In this document: in pieces, positions 37,401-46,945 of the stretch
Position numbering within the stretch: the stretch's first letter is position 1
Layout of the letters: each line of letters opens with the position of its first letter
Virus record (IMG/VR): IMGVR_UViG_3300027741_000020
Source of the DNA: a virus
Length of the DNA: 64,000 nt
Reading direction: 5' to 3' (one strand)
Translations under genes and position numbers: made by a program
The notes under the pieces: generated by a model
Database searches by the model: none
Seen by the model: only the letters and a program-made list of their open reading frames with translations
What the model was told of the DNA's origin: nothing

Positions 37401-39455
37401 GCTTATGCAAAAATAAAAGAGATTCTAAAAGATATAATGGAAATGGGGCACAATGAGGTTGAAGAAATTGAAGACCAAATTGGAATATCATTATCTGAAA
37501 CTATTAAAAAAGTCGGTAGTAAATATATTGTATATCCAAAAAAAGGTGGTAAAAGATTAGGAACGCATAGCACATACAAATCGGCTAAAAAACAATTGGC
37601 AGCAATTGAAATTAATAAAGAAAGCTCAGAAGCTGATGGATATTATGGATCGGGAGCAAGCCGATGGGATGATGATACTCACTATAAAAATGAAAATATT
37701 ACTATCAATAATAAGCGTGCAAATACATTCCGCACAATTGAAGAAGCATTTGATAGTTTTTATGATAAAATGATTGAAGAAAATACATATGAAATACCAA
37801 CTATTAATGGTAAGCAAGCAATTACATTTAGAAAATTAGATGAAGCAAATGATATATTGGGCGCCATATCGCAAGATGGCGGCTCTACTACCGTAAAAAT
37901 GCCGTATTCAAAAAAATGGGAAGAATTTGATGATACGGCAGATAAATTATCAGATATTATTGGTTGGAAAAGATTACATCACCCAAGCGATTCATATGAA
38001 TATTATCGTAAAAATTTAGTAATCCCAACCTTTAATAGAAGTGAAGAAAATGGTAAAGGTAAACGTTGGATGCATCCAACTAAATCAAAAGAATATGCTG
38101 AGCATAAAAAAAGAACTTGGGAGGTTTGGCCATTTAATAATAGAGAAGAACCATACAATGAAGATCATGGTCAAGTTTATAAAATAAGAAGAAATGCATA
38201 TGTTGAACCAACGATTATAAAATCAATAAAAGAAAATATAAATGAATCAAAACTTTTATTAGAAGGTGGAGCATATGGACACATGTCACATCCATTTGAT
38301 GATATGGATTTAACGTTTGGTGACCTTAAAAATATTATTAGTAAAGCATTAGATGGTGATTTAGGAGTAGTAAGAGAAAAAACCGATGGACAGGCTTTGG
38401 CAATAAGTTGGAAAAACGGAAGATTGATTGCTGCAAGAAATAAAGGACATTTGCAAAACGCAGGAGCAAACGCAATGGGTATTGAAGAAGTTGCGGCTAA
38501 GTTTGCAGGACGTGGTGGACTAACAGATGCATACAACTTTGCAATGCGTGATTTATCTGCGGCAATTGCAGGATTGACAAAAGCTCAACGTGATAAAATA
38601 TTCAATGAAGGCAAATGTTTTATGAATATTGAAGTAATATGGCCTACATCTGTAAATGTAATACCATATGGACAAGCATTATTAGTATTTCATAATACTA
38701 CTTGCTATGATGTATCAGGTACAGCAATTAGTGGAGAGCAAACAACAGCAAGAATGTTGGCCGGAATGATTAAACAAATTAATGCAGATGTACAAAGTAA
38801 ATACACAATACAAGGGCCACCAATTACCGAAATACCAAAGAATCAAAATTTAAGTTCTCTTAAACCAAAATATTTTTCAAAACTTTCTAAATTACAAAAT
38901 GAATTTGGATTAACCGATAATGATACTATTTCATTATATCATCAAAGTTGGTGGGAAAATTTTATAAATAAAAAAGCTCCAGTTAAGGTTGATAAAATGA
39001 CAAAAGAAGCACTAGTTAGACGTTGGGCATTTGGTGATAAAACATTTAAGATTAATACAATATCAAACGCAGAATTGCAAAAATGGGCATTAAATACTGA
39101 TAAAGTTAATGTAGCAAAACAACAAAAAGATAATATCCGTCCATTTGAAGAAATATTTTTAGGAGTTGGAGCTGATATACTTTCATTTGTTGGGTCTGTA
39201 TTAACTGTACATCCTGATAAGGCAATTCGTAATATGAAAGATAGATTAAAGGCAACCGCAGAACAAGTTAGAACCGCCGGAAGTCCTGCTCAAATACAAA
39301 AATTAAAAACCGAATTACAAAGATTAAATAATTTAGGCGGTATTGATAAGATAGTTGCATCCGAAGGATTGGTATTCTTTTATAATGGAAAAACTTATAA
39401 GCTTACTGGAACGTTTGCCCCGCTTAACCAAATTTTGGGAATTTTTTACGAATAA
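34407..39455 (+). CDS. 1682-aa multidomain polyprotein: HIGH nucleotidyltransferase + Gly-zipper + HExxH peptidase + ligase-like C-terminal domain
   Basis: YAGRFQPFHKGH (34461), A/G/H-rich hydrophobic stretch (36108-36392), HELVH (36792), EKTDG (38376), EGLVF and YKL (39363-39404). Confidence 0.8.
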   Translation: MNIISEITKPLVTKTVVIYAGRFQPFHKGHYDAYKRLVSKFGQDSVYIGTSNDTNDSKSPFNFNEKKKIATTMFGIPSNHFVQIRNPYKPVEILQHFDGQTTQYIAAVGAKDATRLQGKYFKPYNGKAGYGYNEIGYVWPVPAESNPISGTDVRNGLGGDEESAKKFFLKAYPKFNKQIFTMITDKIKSLHEAAPMVGAGEAGSFGLNPTRYDDDDVTEDGFPGGVGVGLTLPGGYINGAPNPKDVKKLSKKIHTTDSNKKYVYDPISEIIANAVTEEAFNEFISNYLNEAEPNKALDQDITYKNTKGQSKKIKARDALRLPKDHPAHIQAAKIAATAAPAAKTAGKPDVSIPGKVAGSVVKKSDGKPDITIPGKDGKPKQQGPPPPPPMPPKKLSGAELKSNAEMAPGEKEASKKNDEIKASLDHEMSKLSTDDKKSVESVNNPDSPERKDMAEKSKSFLSKVGNKLWSGAKHWANEKKEMCQGVGAAIKTLATGGKLGSVKDANGKYVHHTDFKNKTVQIDPKTAKEKTVWVDKSDLTPEEKKLKHKSEHEEHHQKHSLKHAAKDIALLAASLVAGAAIGGAVGGGIAAAKAGAAHGLGHAIGHGAAHGVSAIAHHGATGIASHVGKDLIKHSAFEAMGLKGHHAAGATAAVGAIGHLMEGDDNNENDNDKNAKLVDTLLKRTMEVMATYKMSDEELLKSIKNYNKNSEKNTAKDILKTINESVTLEKAKNIQDFVDYACERLKLKDKPKVKLLLDGEYSNAVSSLGGYSPVTKDIYVVVPGRMTADICRTIAHELVHRKQDEMGMLRTENDGDTGSPIENQANAVAGILLRDYGKKNKAIYMESVKYINEVSNNTGDDGQPDGGYLPAGHRRTLGANDGVNKGDDWFTGGGYLQLDYPIADAIYGADEENMYTVKYVARKLRRSIGIDTKFEKSEEKAIDVTQDKKNGKLTDETNSKRNLTEVSKRDIHFKNIFQHYRDGDAKMKQKIAAIITGNAYAKIKEILKDIMEMGHNEVEEIEDQIGISLSETIKKVGSKYIVYPKKGGKRLGTHSTYKSAKKQLAAIEINKESSEADGYYGSGASRWDDDTHYKNENITINNKRANTFRTIEEAFDSFYDKMIEENTYEIPTINGKQAITFRKLDEANDILGAISQDGGSTTVKMPYSKKWEEFDDTADKLSDIIGWKRLHHPSDSYEYYRKNLVIPTFNRSEENGKGKRWMHPTKSKEYAEHKKRTWEVWPFNNREEPYNEDHGQVYKIRRNAYVEPTIIKSIKENINESKLLLEGGAYGHMSHPFDDMDLTFGDLKNIISKALDGDLGVVREKTDGQALAISWKNGRLIAARNKGHLQNAGANAMGIEEVAAKFAGRGGLTDAYNFAMRDLSAAIAGLTKAQRDKIFNEGKCFMNIEVIWPTSVNVIPYGQALLVFHNTTCYDVSGTAISGEQTTARMLAGMIKQINADVQSKYTIQGPPITEIPKNQNLSSLKPKYFSKLSKLQNEFGLTDNDTISLYHQSWWENFINKKAPVKVDKMTKEALVRRWAFGDKTFKINTISNAELQKWALNTDKVNVAKQQKDNIRPFEEIFLGVGADILSFVGSVLTVHPDKAIRNMKDRLKATAEQVRTAGSPAQIQKLKTELQRLNNLGGIDKIVASEGLVFFYNGKTYKLTGTFAPLNQILGIFYE

Positions 39456-39493
39456 TTTGATATATATTTAAAACAGTTATAAAAACATATAGT

Positions 39494-40159
39494 ATGGCAA
39501 AAAGAACTAGCTTTGACCAAAAAGCAAAAGGAGTACACAAATCTCGTCAAAAAATAATTGATACGGTATTTGGTAGGGAAAATAATACACAACACACTTT
39601 TGGATATGAAGGTGAAATTGAGCCTGATAAAAAAGTTGGTGATATTTGGACTGATAAAGATGGTAAAACTTGGGAGCAAAAGGATGGATACAAAATATCA
39701 GTAACTAAGTTTGATGAAATACGTGAATATCTTAAGAAAATAACAACTTGTTCAAATCAAGATTGTAAAACCGATACATACATGCATACCGATAAAAAGC
39801 TAATAGCTAAAACAGGAATGTGTGTAGATTGTTTACAAAAATATGAAGAAGGATTAAAACTCGATGGAACATGGCCTTACTATGAGGATTATAAAATATC
39901 AAAAAATAAATTAAGTACGGTAAGAGAGTATAAAGAACAATACGAACAGGCACTAAAAGATTTATCAACTAAATTACAAATGGTAAATGAAGATGGTACT
40001 ATAAGTGAATGGAAATGGGATATTGATATTAATCAGGTTAGAAATGATATTGAAAACGATATAAATGGCGCAATTAATGCAATCGCACTTTTATTAGAAA
40101 GAATTGCATTGCTTGAAGAAAAGTTTATAGAATTAGGACATTCGGAATTAATAAAATAA
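39494..40159 (+). CDS. Hypothetical protein with Cys4 zinc-finger-like motif
   Basis: CSNQDC...CVDC. Confidence 0.7.
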   Translation: MAKRTSFDQKAKGVHKSRQKIIDTVFGRENNTQHTFGYEGEIEPDKKVGDIWTDKDGKTWEQKDGYKISVTKFDEIREYLKKITTCSNQDCKTDTYMHTDKKLIAKTGMCVDCLQKYEEGLKLDGTWPYYEDYKISKNKLSTVREYKEQYEQALKDLSTKLQMVNEDGTISEWKWDIDINQVRNDIENDINGAINAIALLLERIALLEEKFIELGHSELIK

Positions 40160-40163
40160 AAAT

Positions 40164-40571
40164 ATGAAAAATACAATCACAATCGTTCTTACCATTATAT
40201 GTTTGGTATTTGCGTACTTTACTTTCTTTGGTAATGACAATACGGAGTATAAAAAGAAATTATCAGAATTAGATGCAGCTAATAAAATATTAGAATTACA
40301 ACGTGATAGCTTGAATAATGATATTACACAATTAAAAACCGAATATACAAAACTTAACGTTAAAGATAGTATATTGAGTGTTACGATTCAAAATCAAGAC
40401 AATGAGATTGCAAAAGATATTGCAATAGCAAAAAAATCACAAGCTGCATTAAATAATATAAAACATACGCTTGAGCAAACTCGTCATCAAATTGATTCTG
40501 TTAAAGCACACCCGGCAAATCGCACAGGCAATGATTTATTAAACTCACTTAAAATAAAAACATCTAACTAA
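40164..40571 (+). CDS. N-terminally anchored coiled-coil membrane protein (i-spanin-like)
   Basis: N-terminal TM helix followed by heptad repeats. Confidence 0.5.
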   Translation: MKNTITIVLTIICLVFAYFTFFGNDNTEYKKKLSELDAANKILELQRDSLNNDITQLKTEYTKLNVKDSILSVTIQNQDNEIAKDIAIAKKSQAALNNIKHTLEQTRHQIDSVKAHPANRTGNDLLNSLKIKTSN

Positions 40572-41065
40572 TGAAAAAAGTAATTTCAATAATAATTTCT
40601 GTATTAATATTTTGTACAGCCAAATCGCAAATCTCATATCCTAAATTTGATGTAGATTCTTTGGGTCAAAAAGTTGTTATATTAACTATTGAGCAAGCGC
40701 AAGCACTTGATAACAACTCCGATTTACTTATTCTTTTTGAAAAACTTAATGGGCAAATCGGCACATACGATAGTGTTTGCTTAAAGGTTGTTAATCAGAA
40801 AGACTCTATCATTAGCTCACAAACTATACAAATAAATAATTTAAAAAATCAATTAAAAATTAAAGATGAGAAGATTACAAATCTTCAATCAACTATTTCA
40901 AAACAAGATACTTTAGTAGTAAATCTCAATCAAACAATTGCAAATAAAAATACTGAAATTGCGTTACATAAAGAACAAATACAAAATGTAAAAAAGAATG
41001 CTCTTAAAAAGGGGGCTATAGTAGGTGTGATTGTGGGGATATTAATAAAGTGTCTTATTAAGTAA
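40571..41065 (+). CDS. Exported coiled-coil protein with signal peptide and C-terminal TM helix
   Basis: MKKVISIIISVLIFCTAKS/Q signal; GAIVGVIVGILIKCL C-terminal anchor. Confidence 0.5.
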   Translation: MKKVISIIISVLIFCTAKSQISYPKFDVDSLGQKVVILTIEQAQALDNNSDLLILFEKLNGQIGTYDSVCLKVVNQKDSIISSQTIQINNLKNQLKIKDEKITNLQSTISKQDTLVVNLNQTIANKNTEIALHKEQIQNVKKNALKKGAIVGVIVGILIKCLIK

Positions 41066-41072
41066 GATAAAA

Positions 41073-42680
41073 ATGTCAGTACAATCGCAACCGAAAAAAA
41101 CATTAAAAGAAATTATAGCAGATGAATATCGTAAATGTGGATTAGACCCAGTTTACTTTATGAAAAAATACTGTGTTATCCAACACCCGACTCGTGGTAA
41201 AATACCATTTCACTTATATCCTTTTCAAGAGGATTGTATGATTGATTTTAAAAATAATCGTTTTAATATTATTCTTAAATCACGTCAACTTGGACTTTCA
41301 ACACTTTCCGCTGGATACATTCTTTGGAAAATGCTATTCAATCAGGACTTCAATGCGCTTGTTATCGCAACAAAAGTAACGGTAGCAAAAAACTTAGTTG
41401 AAAAAGTAAGAGTTATGCACGACCTTTTACCGATATGGTTGCGGGATGGTGGTAATAGCTCGGTTGAAGATAATAAACTATCACTCAAATTAAAGAATGG
41501 TTCACAATGTAAAGCAATTGCATCTTCACCTGATGCAGGACGTTCTGAAGCACTATCGCTATTAGTTGTTGATGAAGCGGCATTTATTCGTGATATCGAT
41601 GAAATCTGGCTATCGGCACAATCAACATTATCTACCGGTGGTTCGGCAATTGTATTATCTACGCCAAATGGTGTGGGTAATTGGTTTCATAAAATGTGGG
41701 TAGATGGTGAGAGTGGTGCAAATGGATTTCACAATATCAAACTACATTGGACGGTACATCCGGAAAGAAAGCAAGATTGGAGAGATGACCAAACTCGTAT
41801 TTTAGGAATTAAAGGCGCAGCACAAGAATGTGATTGTGATTTTGTAAGTTCAGGTGATACGGTAATCGACCCACATCTACTAATGTGGTACAAAGATACA
41901 TATGTAACCGACCCTGTCGAAAAACGTGGATTTGATGGAAACTTATGGGTATGGGAACATCCAAACTATAATCGTCAATATATGGTTGTAGCTGACGTTG
42001 CTCGTGGCGATGGCTCCGATTATTCTACTGCTCAAATAATTGATATAGAAGATAGCTCGCAAGTAGCAGAATATCGTGGCAAGATTGAAACAAAAGATTT
42101 TGGAAACTTTTTAACAGCAGTGGCAACCGAGTATAATAATGCGCTATTAGTTGTGGAAAACTCAAATGTAGGTTGGGCAACGATTCAGCAAATTATAGAT
42201 AGGGGATATGGTAATTTATTTTATATGAGTAATGACCTTAAATATATTGATGTTGAAAGGCAGATGAGCAATAAGTTTTACAGAGATGAAAGGCAAATGG
42301 TTGCTGGGTTTTCTACTACATCGAAGACTAGACCACTTATTATATCATCATTGGATTCATATATACAAAACAAAGATATTCTAATACGTTCAGTAAGACT
42401 AATAGATGAATTATTTACATTTATTTGGAATGGTGGTAGAGCGGAAGCTATGAAAGGATATAACGATGACCTTACTATGGCATTAGCAATCGGACTATGG
42501 GTAAGAAATACGGCATTAAGACTTAAACAAGAAGGGGTTGATTTGACAAAGAATATATTAAACGCATCGCATGTAGCAAAGTATGATAGTGTCTATACTA
42601 TAAATGGATTAAAATCAAATCCATATCAAATGGATGTTGGAAATGGTGAACAATCGAGCTTGACTTGGTTATTGGGTTAA
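41073..42680 (+). CDS. terL: Terminase large subunit (gp17-like)
   Basis: KSRQLGLST Walker A, LVVDEAAFI Walker B, LSTPNG, ADVARG..DYS, NDDLTMALAIG. Confidence 0.97.
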   Translation: MSVQSQPKKTLKEIIADEYRKCGLDPVYFMKKYCVIQHPTRGKIPFHLYPFQEDCMIDFKNNRFNIILKSRQLGLSTLSAGYILWKMLFNQDFNALVIATKVTVAKNLVEKVRVMHDLLPIWLRDGGNSSVEDNKLSLKLKNGSQCKAIASSPDAGRSEALSLLVVDEAAFIRDIDEIWLSAQSTLSTGGSAIVLSTPNGVGNWFHKMWVDGESGANGFHNIKLHWTVHPERKQDWRDDQTRILGIKGAAQECDCDFVSSGDTVIDPHLLMWYKDTYVTDPVEKRGFDGNLWVWEHPNYNRQYMVVADVARGDGSDYSTAQIIDIEDSSQVAEYRGKIETKDFGNFLTAVATEYNNALLVVENSNVGWATIQQIIDRGYGNLFYMSNDLKYIDVERQMSNKFYRDERQMVAGFSTTSKTRPLIISSLDSYIQNKDILIRSVRLIDELFTFIWNGGRAEAMKGYNDDLTMALAIGLWVRNTALRLKQEGVDLTKNILNASHVAKYDSVYTINGLKSNPYQMDVGNGEQSSLTWLLG

Positions 42681-42718
42681 ATCAAATTTTTATATATTTA
42701 TAGATTGGATGATGAAAC

Positions 42719-43906
42719 ATGATAAAGCTAAGAGATATGCTAAATAAAGTAGGTGGGCCCACACCAAAACCACATTCTTCTACGCAAACACAAAATGAAG
42801 ATTTAAACAAATGGTTTAAAGAAAAATGGGTAAATATAGGAAAAAAAGTAAATGGTAAACATCCACCATGTGGCACTTCCGGTAAAAAAGTGGTTTATGC
42901 AAAATGTGTTCCTGCAGCTAAAGCAGCTGGAATGAGTAAAAAAGAAAAGGAAAGTGCCACTAGAAGAAAACGAGCAGCACAAAACGCAGCAGATAGAGGT
43001 GGTAAGAATAGTAATGGACAAGGAAAGACTCCGATATATGTTTCTACTAAAACAAAAAATGAAGGATGGAGTCAAAAATATAAAAATAGTATAAATTGTA
43101 ATAATCCAAAAGGTTTCTCTCAAAAAGCACATTGCAAAGGAAAGAAAAAAAATGAAACTATGAATATTGAAGAAAGACTAAACCTCTTTTTAGAGAAGAA
43201 TTGCCCAACTGATAAAGCAAAGTGGGCAGCATCTAAGGTAGCAGCTAAATCTAAATTCGATGTATACCCGTCAGCATACGCAAATGGATGGGCAGCAAAG
43301 AACTATAAAGGTAAAGGCGGTGGTTGGCGAAGTTGTAGTGAATCCGTAGTAAATGAAGATTGTTGGGATGGATATAAAAATGTAGGTGGAAAAATGAAAA
43401 ATGGTAAAATGGTGCCAAATTGTGTTCCTATAAATGAAGAAACCGCTGAACTTAATTGCGATGAAAACGGAAATTGTTGGGAATTAGAACCACCAAGATA
43501 TCCAAGCGATTCAATGGCAAATAGAACTATGGAAGAAGAAATCGATGAATATGATGTAGAAACCATAGAAGAAGAAAAATCTTTTATAAAATTTATGAGA
43601 GAATATAATCAATTACTATCTGAAGCAACTTGCCCATGTTTATTGGAAGCTGAGTATCAAGGACGTAACGTAAAGCTTGGTAAAATAATGCAAGGAGATA
43701 TTAAAAAATTCAAAGTATATGTTAAGAACGATAAAGGAAATGTTGTTAAAGTAAATTTTGGATTTGGTGGTAGTTCGGCCGGCGGAAAAAGAATGGTAAT
43801 TAAGAAAAATAATCCTGCAAGAAGAAAATCATTTAGAGCAAGAATGAATTGTGATAGTCCCGGTCCAAGATGGAAAGCAAGATATTGGGCATGTCGTACT
43901 TGGTAA
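42719..43906 (+). CDS. Polyprotein of small basic Cys/Trp-containing modules, probable head-internal protein
   Basis: Modules such as DLNKWFKEKWVNIG, WSQKYKNSINCNNPKGFSQKAHC, KFDVYPSAYANGW, CWDGYK...VPNCVP, AEYQGRNVKL...ARYWAC, separated by xNE/xLE linkers. Confidence 0.7.
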   Translation: MIKLRDMLNKVGGPTPKPHSSTQTQNEDLNKWFKEKWVNIGKKVNGKHPPCGTSGKKVVYAKCVPAAKAAGMSKKEKESATRRKRAAQNAADRGGKNSNGQGKTPIYVSTKTKNEGWSQKYKNSINCNNPKGFSQKAHCKGKKKNETMNIEERLNLFLEKNCPTDKAKWAASKVAAKSKFDVYPSAYANGWAAKNYKGKGGGWRSCSESVVNEDCWDGYKNVGGKMKNGKMVPNCVPINEETAELNCDENGNCWELEPPRYPSDSMANRTMEEEIDEYDVETIEEEKSFIKFMREYNQLLSEATCPCLLEAEYQGRNVKLGKIMQGDIKKFKVYVKNDKGNVVKVNFGFGGSSAGGKRMVIKKNNPARRKSFRARMNCDSPGPRWKARYWACRTW

Positions 43907-43930
43907 TATCAAAAATTTTTCATACATTTG
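43899..43930 (+). promoter_or_regulatory. Bacteroidota-type promoter variant before portal
   Basis: CTTG 43899-43902, 20-nt spacer, TACATTTG 43923-43930. Confidence 0.55.
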
Positions 43931-43946
43931 AATTTAATAAAATAAT

Positions 43947-45665
43947 ATGGCAGATAAATCAATATATAGTAGGTTACAAAAACTATTTTCAACCAATACG
44001 ATAGTTCGTAAAACTCCTAAAGGTACAAAGGTAATTGATACCGATGAGTATCAAAATATGACTACAAACCTTGTGGATAGGTTTATGAAACTAAAGGTTA
44101 CAAACTATTCCACAGGTCAAATTGACTCATCACTAGCATATCAGCAAGTTAGAATAGATCTTTTCAGAGATTATGATTCAATGGACCAAGACCCGATATT
44201 ATCATCTGCATTAGATATTTTTGCAGACGAATGCACGGCTCGTAATGAAACCGGACAAGTATTAAAAATACATCATGATGATCATAATGTAAAGCAAATC
44301 CTTGAAAATCTTTTTTATGATATCCTTAATGTAGAGTTTAATCTTTGGCCATGGACTAGAAATCTTGTAAAATATGGAGATTTCTTTCTACAATTGGAAA
44401 TGTCTGAAGGTGTTGGTATTGTAAATGTTTATCCATATTCGCCTTATGAAATAAGTCGTGTTGAAAACTTTGACCCTAAAAATCCACAAAGAGTTAAATT
44501 TGTATACGCACCATATCAAAATCCATTAGGAGCATATGGGCAAACTACAAAAAAAGAATTTGAAAATTACGAAATAGCTCACTTCCGTCTAAATTCAGAT
44601 TCAAACTTTTTACCATATGGTAAAGCAATGATTGAAGGCGGCCGCCGTGTTTGGAAACAAATACAATTAATGGAAGATGCAATGATATTGCATAAAATAA
44701 TGAGAGCGCCTGAAAAACGTATTTTTAAAATTGATGTTGGTAATATACCGCCTACCGAAGTTGATAACTACATCCAAAAAATTATAAACAACTCTAAAAA
44801 AGTTCCATTTGTAGATGAAAGGACTGGTGACTATAATCTTAAATTCAATGTTCAAAATATGATTGAAGATTATTATTTACCTGTACGTGGTAGTGATAAT
44901 GGCACTTCAATAGATACTTTAAAAGGATTGGAGTATAGTATGATTGATGAACTTAACTATCTTAAAAATAAGTTAATGGCATCTCTTAAAATTCCAAAGG
45001 CATATATGGGGTATGAGGAAGATACCGGTGGTAAAGCAACATTGGCATCTTTAGATATAAGATTTGCAAAAACAATAGAAAGAATACAGCGTGTATTGGT
45101 TTCCGAATTGACTAAAATAGCTATCATACATTTATACTCACAAGGTATTGATGATGAAAGATTGACAGAATTTAGTCTTGAACTTACACTTCCTTCAAAA
45201 ATATATGAACAAGAGCAAGTTGAATTATATAAATCTAAAGTTGAATTAATAAGCTCAATGCAGAATACAAAAATGTTTTCAAAAGAATGGATGTATCATT
45301 CTATTATGAAGATGGCTAAAGATGAACAAGATGAGCAGACACTTGCTATATTAGAAGATGTTAAGCAAGCATTTAGATTGACTTCAATTGAAACGCAAGG
45401 TGTAGACCCTGCGGCTCAAACCGAAGAACAACCAACTAATGTAGAGGAAGAAATAAAAAAGATAAAAACGGAATTAGAAGAAGATGGTAAAGTAGGTAGA
45501 CCAAAAGATACGGTACGATATGGTAAAGATGACCATCCATTAGGACGTGACCCACTTGGTATTAAGAAATTAAAACAAAAAGAAGGTAGCGTTAAATTCA
45601 AACCTCGTAACAATTATCAAGAGATATTTAAGGATATGGATGGTAATAAAAAAATTGTTTTATAA
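43947..45665 (+). CDS. gp20: Portal protein (gp20-like)
   Basis: DYDSMDQDP, RNLVKYGDFF, IAHFRL, LMEDAMILHKIMRAPEKRIFKIDVGNIP, EDYYLPVRG, LKIPKAYM. Confidence 0.97.
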   Translation: MADKSIYSRLQKLFSTNTIVRKTPKGTKVIDTDEYQNMTTNLVDRFMKLKVTNYSTGQIDSSLAYQQVRIDLFRDYDSMDQDPILSSALDIFADECTARNETGQVLKIHHDDHNVKQILENLFYDILNVEFNLWPWTRNLVKYGDFFLQLEMSEGVGIVNVYPYSPYEISRVENFDPKNPQRVKFVYAPYQNPLGAYGQTTKKEFENYEIAHFRLNSDSNFLPYGKAMIEGGRRVWKQIQLMEDAMILHKIMRAPEKRIFKIDVGNIPPTEVDNYIQKIINNSKKVPFVDERTGDYNLKFNVQNMIEDYYLPVRGSDNGTSIDTLKGLEYSMIDELNYLKNKLMASLKIPKAYMGYEEDTGGKATLASLDIRFAKTIERIQRVLVSELTKIAIIHLYSQGIDDERLTEFSLELTLPSKIYEQEQVELYKSKVELISSMQNTKMFSKEWMYHSIMKMAKDEQDEQTLAILEDVKQAFRLTSIETQGVDPAAQTEEQPTNVEEEIKKIKTELEEDGKVGRPKDTVRYGKDDHPLGRDPLGIKKLKQKEGSVKFKPRNNYQEIFKDMDGNKKIVL

Positions 45666-45801
45666 TTTTACACTTAATAATCTTTAAAATATATAATTTG
45701 ACATACTAAATACATTTAAAATAATAAAAATCATATTTATTATTAATGGTTATAGTAAACGAATAAAAATTATATATTTATATCTGACAAATTATAAATT
45801 G

Positions 45802-46671
45802 ATGAAAAAAATAAAACATTCAAAATTCAAAAATACCGGATTTATATTTGAATTACTGGTAAGGCAAATTACTTCCGAAATAATGTCATCAAACAAATCG
45901 GTTGCGGAAAAAATTTTAAAAGAACATTTCAACTCCAAAAAAGAATTATCTAAAGAATTAAAACTTTATCAATACTTAGTTAATGAAAAGTATAATTCTG
46001 AAAGCAAAGCAGAAAAATTCATTGATACGATATGCGAAGCTCGTAAAAGACTTGATGAAACTAAACTTACAAAAGAAAAATATAACTTAATAAAGATAAT
46101 CAAAGAACAATATGGTTTGGAGGAGTTTATAAAATCACCAATATCAAACTATAAGGCTTTAGCATCAATTTATAAAATATTTGAAGTAACAGTTTCCAAT
46201 GAACAATACGATCCAACCGATATTGTAAATTCACGTTTCACAATTACAGAAAACATAATTAATACATCTATTCAAAATAAAGATAATAAGATTAAAGATG
46301 CTGTATTAGAGGAATATCGTAAACAAGATGAAGACCTTCGTGCAATATCTTATAAACTACTTGTTGAATCATTTAATAAAAAATATAAAAATCTTAGTAA
46401 TGAACAAAAAGGACTTTTAAGAGAATATATTAATAATATAAACAACACAGGTAAATTAAGTGAGTATGTTACTAATCAGATTACAACTCTTAGTGCAAAT
46501 TTAAAAGAAGTTGGTATAAAAATTAATGATAAAGTAACTAAAATTAAATTAGCAGAAACAATAGCTAATATTAAAAAAATCAAATCCGTAAAACGTATCA
46601 AAGAAGAACATCTATCTGCATTGATGATGACTTACGAACTTTTGGGTGAATTGAAAAATAAGATAAAATAA
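45802..46671 (+). CDS. Hypothetical helical head-region protein
   Basis: ORF directly after portal; ATG 45802 preferred to TTG 45799. Confidence 0.7.
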   Translation: MKKIKHSKFKNTGFIFELLVRQITSEIMSSNKSVAEKILKEHFNSKKELSKELKLYQYLVNEKYNSESKAEKFIDTICEARKRLDETKLTKEKYNLIKIIKEQYGLEEFIKSPISNYKALASIYKIFEVTVSNEQYDPTDIVNSRFTITENIINTSIQNKDNKIKDAVLEEYRKQDEDLRAISYKLLVESFNKKYKNLSNEQKGLLREYINNINNTGKLSEYVTNQITTLSANLKEVGIKINDKVTKIKLAETIANIKKIKSVKRIKEEHLSALMMTYELLGELKNKIK

Positions 46672-46678
46672 ATAAGAT

Positions 46679-46924
46679 ATGACAAATTTTAGAACAAGTA
46701 ATGCAGCTACATACACTACCGGTCAATCGGGATCATTACAAAATGCTTGGGGTATATTAGCAACAACAGGCTCTGCCGGAGTTCTAACATTAGACGGAGG
46801 AAATCCTACACTAAGAGGCGCATACGCAACTATGAGTATAGCACATGTAGCTACTGGGTTTCCGTTTCCATGCTATGTAAGAAGTGTATCGGTAACAGCA
46901 GGAACTGTATATGTTTTAGCATAA
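46679..46924 (+). CDS. Small beta-rich hypothetical protein
   Basis: 81-aa ORF tightly packed in the head operon. Confidence 0.65.
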   Translation: MTNFRTSNAATYTTGQSGSLQNAWGILATTGSAGVLTLDGGNPTLRGAYATMSIAHVATGFPFPCYVRSVSVTAGTVYVLA

Positions 46925-46945
46925 TAAAAATAAAATCAATTAACT

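Noticed and set aside
72-45801. ORF-track start codons at 72, 1704, 3288, 5246, 24479 and 45799
   Set aside because: These extensions run through terminators, promoters or upstream genes. Downstream ATGs (126, 1785, 3456, 5255, 24524, 45802) fit the domain starts and A-rich leaders.
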